Part shown: piece after piece, positions 16,804-24,072 of the stretch
How the letters are laid out: each line of letters begins with the position of its first letter
Numbering within the stretch: the first letter of the stretch is position 1
Virus record (IMG/VR): IMGVR_UViG_3300034141_000061
Coordinates: 1-39,190 of that record
Reading direction: 5' to 3' (one strand)
DNA: 39,190 bases
Source: a virus
Program-made: the position numbers and the translations under genes
Notes under the pieces: model-generated
Seen by the model: only the letters and a program-made list of their open reading frames with translations
What the model was told of the DNA's origin: nothing
Database searches by the model: none

Positions 16804-17279
16804 CCGCCCTGTTCGCCTGGCTGCGCCTTCACCGCCTCGGCACCACGCTGGTGCTGATCATGGCCGTGTGCGGGGCCTTCTATGTCCAGTGGCAGGTGAA
16901 TGCGACCGGCCGGGCGAAGGCCGAGGCGGACCGCAAGAGCCTGATCAGCGCGGCCGACGGCATCTGCGAGGCGATCCACAGCCCGTTCCGCCCGGTCGGC
17001 GTGAAGCGCGAGCAGTGGGGCCTGTCCTGCCTGACCGAAGCGCGGCGGGTCGGAAAGCTGGAGAGCGACCTGAACGCCGGGACGGCCGAGGCCCTGCTGC
17101 AGGGTCTGGACCAGCGGATGGGGAAAGAGGCGGCCGACGCCCTGTTGGCGGCGGCCTATGCGAAGCGTGCGGCTGATACCGCCAGCAGATTGGAGAACGC
17201 CAATGCGGCGGTTGAAGGCGATAAGGCGACCGGCGCTTGGGCTGGCGCTGTCAATGATGCTGCAGGCCTGCGCAACTGA
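16800..17279 (+). CDS. i-spanin (Rz-like)
   Basis: 159 aa from ATG 16800 (ATGA overlap). It has an N-terminal TM segment LGTTLVLIMAVCGAFYV followed by a charged helical region, and contains the start of the o-spanin gene. Confidence 0.6.
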   Translation: MTALFAWLRLHRLGTTLVLIMAVCGAFYVQWQVNATGRAKAEADRKSLISAADGICEAIHSPFRPVGVKREQWGLSCLTEARRVGKLESDLNAGTAEALLQGLDQRMGKEAADALLAAAYAKRAADTASRLENANAAVEGDKATGAWAGAVNDAAGLRN

Positions 17280-17517
17280 TCCGGCCCCGGCTCCGGTCGA
17301 GCCCGTGGTGGTGGTGCGGACGGTGAAGGAGACGCCGCCGGCCGAGCTGACGCGCTGTCCGACCCTGCCGCGGGGTCTGCCGACCGAAGGGCAGGCGCAG
17401 ATCCCCGAGACCTGGCGCGCCGGGATCGGCCGCCTCGCCGTCAGCCACGGCGCCGTCGTCGACCAGCTGCGGCGGTTGATCGCGTGGAATACGGGCGAGG
17501 CCTGTCCGGCCGCCTAG
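17203..17517 (+). CDS. o-spanin lipoprotein (Rz1-like), overlapped architecture
   Basis: 104 aa from ATG 17203 with GGAGAA upstream. The signal peptide has lipobox LSMMLQAC and is followed by Pro-rich sequence. The gene starts 77 nt inside the 3' end of the i-spanin gene in another frame. Confidence 0.65.
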   Translation: MRRLKAIRRPALGLALSMMLQACATDPAPAPVEPVVVVRTVKETPPAELTRCPTLPRGLPTEGQAQIPETWRAGIGRLAVSHGAVVDQLRRLIAWNTGEACPAA

Positions 17518-17533
17518 CGGGACTAGGCCCTCT

Positions 17534-18475
17534 CTAGCTGAAGGTGGCCGGCCGGTGGCCTTTCAGGTCATAGACTGCCACGGCATCCGTGAAGCTGTCG
17601 GGCACGTCCTCCAAGGGCTCAACGTCCGATCGCGGTATGACGTCGCCCACGGTTTCCATCTGCTGCTCCAGCGGCGTCAGGTCTTTCTCACCGCGCCCCA
17701 GGACGATGAGCTTGTTGCCCGGCTCGCCGCCCCACGCCAGAAACGCCAGCCGCTCCGCTCCGTCGTAGCGGACCCGGATCGTCGGCCCCTCTCTCCGCCG
17801 GAACTTGAGCGGCGCCTTGGCCATGGCCGGATTGTTGCCCATGACCTGAACCCGGGTCCAGCCGCGCCCCAGGCGAAGGTTGCTCTGCAGCCGATCAGCA
17901 AGCACCAGCTCAATCTCGGCGTCCCGATAGCGGATCGCCACCCGCGCAGGGCCAACGGCCTCCGCGCGCTTCAGCAGATGTTCCACCCACGGTGTCGCCG
18001 CGGCTGCCAGATGGGCAACGACATGCTCGACCCGAGGGTCTTCCGGTTCGTGACTTGGCTGGTCCTGTCCGGTCTGGCGCGCGATCAACCCCTGTCGGCT
18101 GAACGTGACCAGTAATGCGATTTCCGCCAGATCCTTGAGGCTGGAAATCTTGCTGAGGAAATCCCACAGCTCCGTCGAATAGCGGCTCTGGGCCACCGCC
18201 TTCTGCTGGACGACGCCGATGTAGATGTCTGGCAGGTCGAACAGCAGCGGCAGGATGTTTGACCCCGACCGCGGCGGCGCGAGGCGCGCGGAGGCGCGTT
18301 TCCAATTTGCTGGGTCGGCGGATCGAGTGGCGCGCAGGTTGCCCCGCGCAATCAAAATCTGATGCGCGATGTCTGAGAGGATCTCCTCCAGCCCTTCGAT
18401 CATAGGGGTTAGCCGTGCCCAAGGGACGACGTCGGGGTCGTCAAGGATCAGGTCGAGCGTGTCATTCGGGGCCAT
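17534..18475 (-). CDS. Hypothetical protein (313 aa), largest gene of the attP-proximal accessory cassette
   Basis: Long ORF with protein-like composition and GAGG 8 nt upstream of the ATG. It is convergent with the lysis cassette. No motif recognised. A/T-ending codons are more frequent than in neighbouring genes. Confidence 0.7.
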   Translation of the reverse strand: MAPNDTLDLILDDPDVVPWARLTPMIEGLEEILSDIAHQILIARGNLRATRSADPANWKRASARLAPPRSGSNILPLLFDLPDIYIGVVQQKAVAQSRYSTELWDFLSKISSLKDLAEIALLVTFSRQGLIARQTGQDQPSHEPEDPRVEHVVAHLAAAATPWVEHLLKRAEAVGPARVAIRYRDAEIELVLADRLQSNLRLGRGWTRVQVMGNNPAMAKAPLKFRRREGPTIRVRYDGAERLAFLAWGGEPGNKLIVLGRGEKDLTPLEQQMETVGDVIPRSDVEPLEDVPDSFTDAVAVYDLKGHRPATFS

Positions 18476-18526
18476 TGAACAACCTCGCGTCCAAAAGCCA
18501 GCACGGTCAAGTCCGACGCCGGAAGG

Positions 18527-18793
18527 TCAGCCGCCCCACTCGGCCCTGTCGTTGACCGGCGGCCCCCGAAGCTCCAGCTCCATCGCGCCCCCGCACCGCC
18601 GGGCGCGTCGGTCCAGCCGGGGGCGCTCGATGCACTTCAGCAGCGGCTCGACTTGGTTCAGCGGCACGTCACCGAGCTTGGCCAGGATCACCGACCGCAG
18701 CACATAGCGATGGCCGCCGCAGGTCAGACAGACCGCGGCAATCACCGTTTCAGGGCGCAGCTGCGACGGGGTCATTCCGAACCGTTCGGGCAT
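18527..18793 (-). CDS. Hypothetical 88-aa protein with four Cys (C22,C25,C54,C67; possible zinc binding)
   Basis: The ORF starts 5 nt after the stop of the upstream 72-aa gene, suggesting translational coupling. It carries a CLTCGGH ... KC ... RRC pattern. Confidence 0.6.
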   Translation of the reverse strand: MPERFGMTPSQLRPETVIAAVCLTCGGHRYVLRSVILAKLGDVPLNQVEPLLKCIERPRLDRRARRCGGAMELELRGPPVNDRAEWGG

Positions 18794-18798
18794 GGCGA

Positions 18799-19017
18799 TC
18801 AGTGGGAGCTGGCTGTTTCCAGCCGCCGCAGCCGCTCGCGCTGGATCCGGGCCACAGCCTGTTCCAGCGCGCGAGGGTCGCGGGCGTGGATTTCGCGCAG
18901 CAGGGCCTGAACGCCGGCGAGCGGATCGGCCTGCCCCGCGAGCAGCCGTGCGGCCGCTTCCGTCAGACTTTCGGCCGCGGACGCATCGCCGGCGGCCGCC
19001 GTCATGTTGTCCGGCAT
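18799..19017 (-). CDS. Hypothetical 72-aa helical protein, first gene of the accessory cassette
   Basis: ATG 19017 is preceded by GGAGAA. The longer track start 19125 lies in Arg/Gly-rich sequence. Ala/Leu/Glu/Arg-rich. Confidence 0.55.
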   Translation of the reverse strand: MPDNMTAAAGDASAAESLTEAAARLLAGQADPLAGVQALLREIHARDPRALEQAVARIQRERLRRLETASSH

Positions 19018-19128
19018 CTGCTGTTCTCCGCGCTCTCGATTGTGGGCGCGAAGTCGTGCGGCGCCGGCCCCTCCTCGGTCAAGAACGAAGTGAGAACACC
19101 CGCCGCGCCAACGGCGCAAAGTCACACA

Positions 19129-19149
19129 GGTGACTTCAGCGAAGTCACC
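19129..19149. promoter_or_regulatory. Perfect 9-bp inverted repeat GGTGACTTC-agc-GAAGTCACC (protein-binding site candidate: Int arm site or operator of the cassette)
   Basis: Read directly. It lies between the cassette start and the attP core. The same 8-9-mer recurs at 19346-19354, 23940-23948 (minus), 32497-32505 and 32511-32519. Confidence 0.5.
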
Positions 19150-19207
19150 CGGTTCACGCTGCGTTCCGGCGAGCGTTGAAAAACCATCAATGAAAAGAAC
19201 GGGGTGG

Positions 19208-19252
19208 TGGTACGTCCTCTCGGGCTCGAACCGAGGACCCTCTGATTAAAAG
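19208..19252 (-). other. attP core: 3' half of a tRNA gene (not a complete tRNA)
   Basis: The reverse complement reads CTTTTAA-TCAGA-GGGTC-CTCGG-TTCGAGC-CCGAG-AGGACGT-A-CCA. These parts are the anticodon loop, 3' anticodon stem, variable loop, T arm, acceptor 3' strand and CCA. The expected 5' anticodon-stem partner, D arm and 5' acceptor strand are absent upstream. The integrase gene is adjacent. Confidence 0.7.
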
Positions 19253-19353
19253 TTCTGAGCGGTTGGAGTGCCTAGCCCGCCAGCGCGGCCTTTGAAGGTG
19301 ATCGACGCGGTTAAGGGTGGCCTGAAAAGGGCGCTGTTGGGCGCGCAAGTCAC

Positions 19354-20769
19354 CTAAGTGCCGAGGGCCTTCACCCAGCCCGTCGCGTCCATGTGCGCGC
19401 CCATCTTCCTCGCCCCTGACCGGCCGACGGCGCGGCCGCCCGTGCCGTAGTGTTTCGACCATACCGCCAGCACCCGCGCGTGATCCTTGTGCAGGCTGCG
19501 CTTGCAGACTTCGGCGGCGGTCATGTCGGCGTCGTGCGCCAAGGTGATGAAGGTGTCGCGGGTGTCCATGAAGTCGAAGGCGCCGTTGAATTCCGAGCCG
19601 TCGACGCCGTCGCCGGTCAGCAGGCTGGGGACGGTCAGCGCCGCGTGTTCGCGCACCGCGCGCCAAGCGTCGTTGAAGGCGCGGTTCGTCCAGACCCCCG
19701 AGCGGTTGCGCGGGCTGGCCTCGCGCACGATCAGGTGCGTCGGCGTGACCTTGGCGTCGGCGTTGCGGGCGATGATCCGTTCGATACAGGCCTCGCCGAT
19801 CGTCAGCAGGGGGATTTCCGAGCTGGCCACGCCGGTCTTGGCGCGGCTGACGCGGGTGATCGTCCAGCGGACCACGCCGTGTTCGTCGGGCTGACGCGCG
19901 AGACGGCGCCAGTCGAGGGCCAGCAGGTCCTTCAGCGACCAGCCGAGGTCGAGCGCCAGCAGCACGGCGTCGCCGATGCTGGGATAGCCCAGCCGGGTGG
20001 CGGAGGCGACGATGGCGGCCAGCTCCTCCTGCGTCCCGACGCGGATCTTGCCGAGCGGCGGCGCGCGGTCGATCAGCTCGACCGGGTTGGCGGACATGGC
20101 GCGGATGCGCTTTTTCTTCCAGCACCAGCTGATGAAGACCGAGGCGACGGACAGCACGCCATAGGCCATGTCGTGGCCGCGGTTCGCTAGCAGCCAGCGA
20201 TAGGCGTCATCGAGCGGAAATTCCGCGTCCTCTTCCTCAGGCACCGCCAGCGTCTCGATCGGCAAGGCGCGCACTGCGGCCAGCTTGTCGGGGTCCGCGC
20301 TCTCGACCAGGGCGACCTGCAGCACATGGATTTTCGACCGGTAGTCGGCGGCCGTTGAAGGGGCCAGACCGCCCTGCCCGCGCGCGAGCGTGAAGCGCGG
20401 GCCCTGCAGCCACTCGTCCACCAGCGCCCCGATAGACCGCTTGTCGGCGCGCTGGGCGGGCGTCAGGGCCGTTCCCTCGACCGCACCGGGCGGAGCGAAG
20501 GCGGCCATGTCGGCGGGGACGGGCGACCCCTTCAGGGTCCATGCGGACACGGCGGCGTTGATCGCCTTGCACCGCTCGATCGCGTCGCCTTGGGAGAGCC
20601 AGAGTTTGTCGCCCCGCGCGGTGACGGTCGCGAAGTCGAACGGCCGCCAGCCTTGGCGGCGGCGCGTCGGGCTGGGCAGCCAACGCGGGCGGCCGTCGCG
20701 CCAGTCGAAACCGGCGGGCAGGACACCATGCGGGCGCTGGCGGCGTTTGGTGGGCTGGCGCTTGCTCAC
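19354..20769 (-). CDS. int: Tyrosine-type site-specific integrase
   Basis: 471 aa from GTG 20769 with AGGAGA 6 nt upstream; the ATG 20853 start would overlap the upstream gene. The C-terminal DTRDTFITLA ... HKDHARVLAVWSKHYG resembles the box II region (R ... H ... Y) of tyrosine recombinases. It is adjacent to the tRNA-derived attP. Confidence 0.8.
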   Translation of the reverse strand: MSKRQPTKRRQRPHGVLPAGFDWRDGRPRWLPSPTRRRQGWRPFDFATVTARGDKLWLSQGDAIERCKAINAAVSAWTLKGSPVPADMAAFAPPGAVEGTALTPAQRADKRSIGALVDEWLQGPRFTLARGQGGLAPSTAADYRSKIHVLQVALVESADPDKLAAVRALPIETLAVPEEEDAEFPLDDAYRWLLANRGHDMAYGVLSVASVFISWCWKKKRIRAMSANPVELIDRAPPLGKIRVGTQEELAAIVASATRLGYPSIGDAVLLALDLGWSLKDLLALDWRRLARQPDEHGVVRWTITRVSRAKTGVASSEIPLLTIGEACIERIIARNADAKVTPTHLIVREASPRNRSGVWTNRAFNDAWRAVREHAALTVPSLLTGDGVDGSEFNGAFDFMDTRDTFITLAHDADMTAAEVCKRSLHKDHARVLAVWSKHYGTGGRAVGRSGARKMGAHMDATGWVKALGT

Positions 20770-20803
20770 GGCGCGTCTCCTGATCGGGGCGAAGGTAGCG
20801 GGC

Positions 20804-21109
20804 TCAGGCTTCTGCGGAAAGCAGCAGGTCCTGCACGCCGGTCGCGACGCCATCCTTGACGGTGTTGAAGGTGGTCAGCACCGGATCGTCGGGCGCCGCG
20901 GCCTCTAGCGCCGCGACCACGGGGCCAGCTGCGGCCACGACGGTCGCCAGGTCCGCGACCGCGGCGGTGCGCAGGGCCGTCTCCGACGTGGTGGCGACGG
21001 CGCGGGTGACCCCGTCCTGATCCAAGCCGGAGGCCTTGAACTGGCGGAACAGGGACTTGCGGATTGCGCGGCGCACGCCGTCGACGAAAGCGTCAGTAGC
21101 CTCGGTCAT
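20804..21109 (-). CDS. Hypothetical protein (101 aa), last gene of early-left operon before int
   Basis: ATGA overlap with the upstream gene; high GC3; no motif. Confidence 0.6.
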   Translation of the reverse strand: MTEATDAFVDGVRRAIRKSLFRQFKASGLDQDGVTRAVATTSETALRTAAVADLATVVAAAGPVVAALEAAAPDDPVLTTFNTVKDGVATGVQDLLLSAEA

Positions 21110-21399
21110 CGGGCAGTCCTCTGCAGCGCCTGAACGCCGGCCGCCGTGGCGACCCAGCCCCAGGGTGAGCGGGCCAGCAGCCCGTCGCGCTTCAACGCGC
21201 GAATGGCGGACGTCGTTTTGATCCGGTGGATGGACCGGTCCTTGCGCGAGGCCGAGGTGTCGGGCCCGACCCGGCGTTCGATTTCGCTGAGGGTCAGTGG
21301 CCCGCGCAGGGTGCTGGACAGGATGCGGCCGCGGCGGGTGTCGCCGGCGACGGTGATCGAGGCGGGCCGATCGAGCTGCAGCAAACCGTTGTCAGTCAT
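21106..21399 (-). CDS. Hypothetical protein, possible winged-helix DNA-binding protein
   Basis: 97 aa from ATG 21399 (8-nt overlap with the upstream gene). TLSEIERRVG ... IHRIKTTSAIRALKRDGLLAR ... GWVATAAG resembles a wHTH. Weak call. Confidence 0.45.
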   Translation of the reverse strand: MTDNGLLQLDRPASITVAGDTRRGRILSSTLRGPLTLSEIERRVGPDTSASRKDRSIHRIKTTSAIRALKRDGLLARSPWGWVATAAGVQALQRTAR

Positions 21400-21685
21400 A
21401 GCCGTAGGTCTCCGCGATCGCGCAGAAGCGGTCGAAGCCGGGGTGGCCCGGACGACCAGAAAGCTGCGACAGAGGCGTTCCGATGGTCCGCGCGAACGGC
21501 CTGCAGCCGGGGCAGTTGGCTCGATGCGAGCTGATCTCGTCGGCGTGATGCCAGACGTGCCCCTCAGGCAGAGCCGGGCCAATTCCGCACCCGAAGGTCC
21601 GCTGGCTGTTGCCCTCGAGATAGTCCGTGCGGACGTGGATGGTCCGGGCCTCGGGCTTGGTCGTCGCTTCCTTCATGACGATCAC
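21392..21685 (-). CDS. Hypothetical Cys/His-containing protein (97 aa)
   Basis: The GTG start overlaps the upstream stop (GTGA). It contains GCG ... HVWHH ... H ... CPGC ... C. Function unknown. Confidence 0.55.
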   Translation of the reverse strand: MIVMKEATTKPEARTIHVRTDYLEGNSQRTFGCGIGPALPEGHVWHHADEISSHRANCPGCRPFARTIGTPLSQLSGRPGHPGFDRFCAIAETYGYD

Positions 21686-21810
21686 AGCCCCTTCGCCTCG
21701 ACGCAGACCCAGAGCAGGAAGGCGATGGCGAACAGCAGGACGGCCAGGCCTTGGCCGCGCTCGGTCAGGACGATCGGGCGGACGGGGCCGCGGCGGCGGC
21801 GGGGGTTCAT
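21682..21810 (-). CDS. Small membrane protein (42 aa), below the ORF-track cutoff
   Basis: Translated by hand as MNPRRRRGPVRPIVLTERGQGLAVLLFAIAFLLWVCVEAKGL. It has very high GC3 and fits exactly between neighbouring genes (overlap at the stop, 5-nt gap at the start). Confidence 0.55.
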   Translation of the reverse strand: MNPRRRRGPVRPIVLTERGQGLAVLLFAIAFLLWVCVEAKGL

Positions 21811-21815
21811 GAAGA

Positions 21816-22163
21816 TCACCGGGCGGATCCTTTCAGCAGCCGCAGGCTGGCGCGGCCAGCGGCGGCGGCGCGCTGGGCGCCCTGTTGCGGTTCGGGGGCG
21901 TCACCGGCGGTCGCAACCGCGTGGACCCGGCGCGAGCGGCGCTCGACCCAGCGGGCGACGGCGTCGGCGAGGTAGCGCACCGGCTCGCCCGGTTCGTTGA
22001 TTTCCGCGGGGAAGTCGCGGTCGCGGGTCCAGGTCTCGCGGACCTTGCGGAAGCGCTCCCAGCTCAGGCCGACTTCGCGGGCGGTTTCCTGACCCGTCAG
22101 CAGGCGATGCGCGGTCGGAGGGGCCCAACGACCGGACGAGGCGTCGAGGGGCTGGAGCGTCAC
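21816..22163 (-). CDS. Excisionase/AlpA-type HTH DNA-binding protein candidate
   Basis: 115 aa from GTG 22163 (GTGA overlap). LLTGQETAREVGLSWERFRKVRETWTRDRDFPAEINEPGEPVRYLADAVARWVERR follows the Xis/AlpA pattern (HTH, then f-P ... r-W ... v..W). Confidence 0.5.
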   Translation of the reverse strand: MTLQPLDASSGRWAPPTAHRLLTGQETAREVGLSWERFRKVRETWTRDRDFPAEINEPGEPVRYLADAVARWVERRSRRVHAVATAGDAPEPQQGAQRAAAAGRASLRLLKGSAR

Positions 22164-22357
22164 GCCAGGACCTCCCCGTGCTGCAGGCGGCGGCACAGGT
22201 TCTCGCCGATCGCGGCGCCCAGCTCGCGGCCGACGTTGCGGGCGGCGTCCTGCGTCGTCACCTGATCGAAGGCGGCGCCCAGCTCGACCTCGCGCAGCTG
22301 GCCGCCCTGTTCGAGACCGACTTTGACCGACAGCACGGTGAAGCGGGCGGCGGTCAT
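22160..22357 (-). CDS. Hypothetical protein (65 aa)
   Basis: Overlaps both neighbouring genes (ATGA with the upstream gene, GTGA with the downstream gene); high GC3. Confidence 0.55.
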   Translation of the reverse strand: MTAARFTVLSVKVGLEQGGQLREVELGAAFDQVTTQDAARNVGRELGAAIGENLCRRLQHGEVLA

Positions 22358-22839
22358 TGGACGGCCGCCAGATTGTCGCGGAGCCGGTCGGCGTCCCCGC
22401 GTTCGGCGCTGATGCGGGCCTGGCGCAGGGCCTCGGCCGGGGAAGCCCCGCGGCCCGAGTAATGCTGGGACGCAGGCAGGGCCAACGCTGCGGTGTGGGG
22501 CGGCGTCAGGGCTGCGATGTGCTCCGCGCCGTTGAAGCGCAGCACCCAGCCCCAGCCCGGGCGCAGCGCCTGAACCAGGGCGACTTCCTCCGCCAGGCCC
22601 TCCGACGGGGCGGGTCCGCCCATAGCCAGCCGCCAGAGCGCCGCCTTGTCCGAGACGTTGGCGAATACGGCACCGGTCGACATGCCGATGCGGTCGGCGA
22701 TGTCACGGATGCTGGTCGAGAAATATCCGGCGTTGCTGAACAGAAAGCGGGCGCCGTCGATGACCTTGGCCCGCGTCGCGGCCTTGGCCTGGTCCCGGCG
22801 GTTGGTGCCCACAAGGCGCAGGGTGGAAACGGCCGCCAT
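22354..22839 (-). CDS. TetR-family-like transcriptional regulator
   Basis: 161 aa. TRAKVIDGARFLFSNAGYFSTSIRDIADRIGMSTGAVFANVSDKAALW matches the TetR N-terminal HTH pattern. Confidence 0.65.
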   Translation of the reverse strand: MAAVSTLRLVGTNRRDQAKAATRAKVIDGARFLFSNAGYFSTSIRDIADRIGMSTGAVFANVSDKAALWRLAMGGPAPSEGLAEEVALVQALRPGWGWVLRFNGAEHIAALTPPHTAALALPASQHYSGRGASPAEALRQARISAERGDADRLRDNLAAVQ

Positions 22840-23318
22840 CAGATCACCCAGGCGATCAACTGGCGGGCGACGACCTCGCCGTCATCCTTCCCGATCGCGG
22901 CCCACAGGTCCGCGTAGTTCTTGAAGCCGGCGGCGACGGCCAGGGTGTCGGCGGCGCCCTGACGGTCGCCAGGGCTGGCCTGTTCCGCCTGAGCAAGCAG
23001 GTGGGCTACGCCCTCGCCTCTGTCGCGCGCAGCCTGACGATCCTCCCCCGCCCGGCGTTCAGCGTCGCCTTCCAGCACACGCACGACACCCTCGACCGAG
23101 AAGGTGACCAGGCCAGAAAAGGCGCAGTGAGCTTCGGGCAGGTGTTCGCCGGCGCTGGACGCCGTGCGGGCGGTCTTGAGGTGGATGCGGGCGCCGGGCC
23201 CGGCGTGCGGGTTCTGGTTCGGGTTCCGGTCGCCGCGAGGGTTGGCCAGCAGGATGAAGCGGCGCCCGTCGCGGACGGCAGTGCGGTTGGACTTGGCGGG
23301 GATCGTATAGGCGACCAT
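22839..23318 (-). CDS. Hypothetical protein (159 aa)
   Basis: ATG 23318 forms an ATGA overlap with the upstream gene; the track start 23471 is off-frame-like Arg/Pro sequence. No motif recognised. Confidence 0.6.
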   Translation of the reverse strand: MVAYTIPAKSNRTAVRDGRRFILLANPRGDRNPNQNPHAGPGARIHLKTARTASSAGEHLPEAHCAFSGLVTFSVEGVVRVLEGDAERRAGEDRQAARDRGEGVAHLLAQAEQASPGDRQGAADTLAVAAGFKNYADLWAAIGKDDGEVVARQLIAWVI

Positions 23319-23614
23319 CAGTCGTCTCCTTGTGTGAAGCGGTCGAGTGCGAGGCCGATGCGGTGAAGCGGCGGCGGATATCCGGTGGCGTGGGCAGCAA
23401 GGCGCAGGGCGTCGACCAAGGGCTCGATCACCTCCTCGCCGAGCGGCAGGATCAGGTCCCGGTCGGACCACGCCAGACCCTCTTCAAGCGCGGTCTCGAC
23501 GGCGCGCTCCGTGCGCAGGGCCTCTACGATGCCGGTGATCGCCGCCGAGGCGGCAGAGGCAGCCGCGAGGAGGCGGTTGCGGGCCAGTTCGGGCGTGTAG
23601 TGAACGTCGGTCAT
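23318..23614 (-). CDS. Hypothetical protein (98 aa)
   Basis: High GC3, acidic and helical-looking. Second gene of the early-left operon. Confidence 0.6.
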   Translation of the reverse strand: MTDVHYTPELARNRLLAAASAASAAITGIVEALRTERAVETALEEGLAWSDRDLILPLGEEVIEPLVDALRLAAHATGYPPPLHRIGLALDRFTQGDD

Positions 23615-23624
23615 GGTCAGCCGG

Positions 23625-23957
23625 TCAGTGAAGGGCGGACATCAGCCGCAGGGCGGCGGCCTCGGCCTGGTCCGCGGCGGACGATAGGCGGGCGGCGAGG
23701 CCGACACTGGCGGGAAACGGCGGGTCGGCGCGCAGGCAGAGGGCGGCGAGGCGGACGCTTTCGAGGGTGAAGGGCAGAGCCCCCTCCCCCACGTCGATCA
23801 TTACCGTGGCCGCCACGAAGTCCTCGCCCAGCCGCGCCAGCGGCCTGAAGACGACGCGGGCGGTGTCGGCCTTCTCCAGCGCGAGCAGGAGGCAGGCGAC
23901 GCCCGCGACCTGCGCGTCTTCGTAGGGCGGTGCGGCGGCGGTGACTTGGCTGGTCAT
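23625..23957 (-). CDS. Hypothetical protein (110 aa), first gene of early-left operon
   Basis: ATG 23957 lies about 35 nt downstream of the distal end (23993) of the shared promoter/operator-like element 23993..24014. The alternative GTG 24023 start would include that element. Confidence 0.55.
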   Translation of the reverse strand: MTSQVTAAAPPYEDAQVAGVACLLLALEKADTARVVFRPLARLGEDFVAATVMIDVGEGALPFTLESVRLAALCLRADPPFPASVGLAARLSSAADQAEAAALRLMSALH

Positions 23958-23992
23958 GGGTGGTCCCGTGCGGTTGCGAGACCAGAAAAGGG

Positions 23993-24014
23993 GGTAGTTT
24001 GTTGGTGCTGTCAA
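23993..24014 (-). promoter_or_regulatory. Leftward early promoter/operator candidate: TTGACagcACCAACAAActACC
   Basis: 17 of 22 positions are identical to the element at 25150..25171 on the opposite strand. It contains TTGAC and the inverted repeat GTTG-N7-CAAC, and lies upstream of the early-left operon. Confidence 0.5.
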
Positions 24015-24072
24015 CCTACCCACGATTTTCTTGGCGGTGTCGCCGAAGATTTTCGCGTGCGACGGTCAGCAA

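Noticed and set aside
17512-17528. GCCTAG-cggga-CTAGGC hairpin between the convergent spanin gene and the 313-aa gene, as a bidirectional terminator
   Set aside because: The stem is only 6 bp and there is no U-tract on either strand, which is too weak to call.
19187-19290. Complete tRNA gene
   Set aside because: Only the 3' half is present (anticodon loop to CCA). The upstream sequence cannot form the anticodon stem, D arm or acceptor stem, so it is treated as the attP core.
19354-20853. Integrase possibly lacking canonical catalytic residues (GWSLKD where box I Arg is expected, MDTRD where HxxR is expected), and the longer 499-aa start
   Set aside because: Alignment by eye is not reliable enough to claim loss of catalytic residues. 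The longer ATG 20853 start overlaps the upstream gene and lacks an SD, whereas GTG 20769 has AGGAGA.
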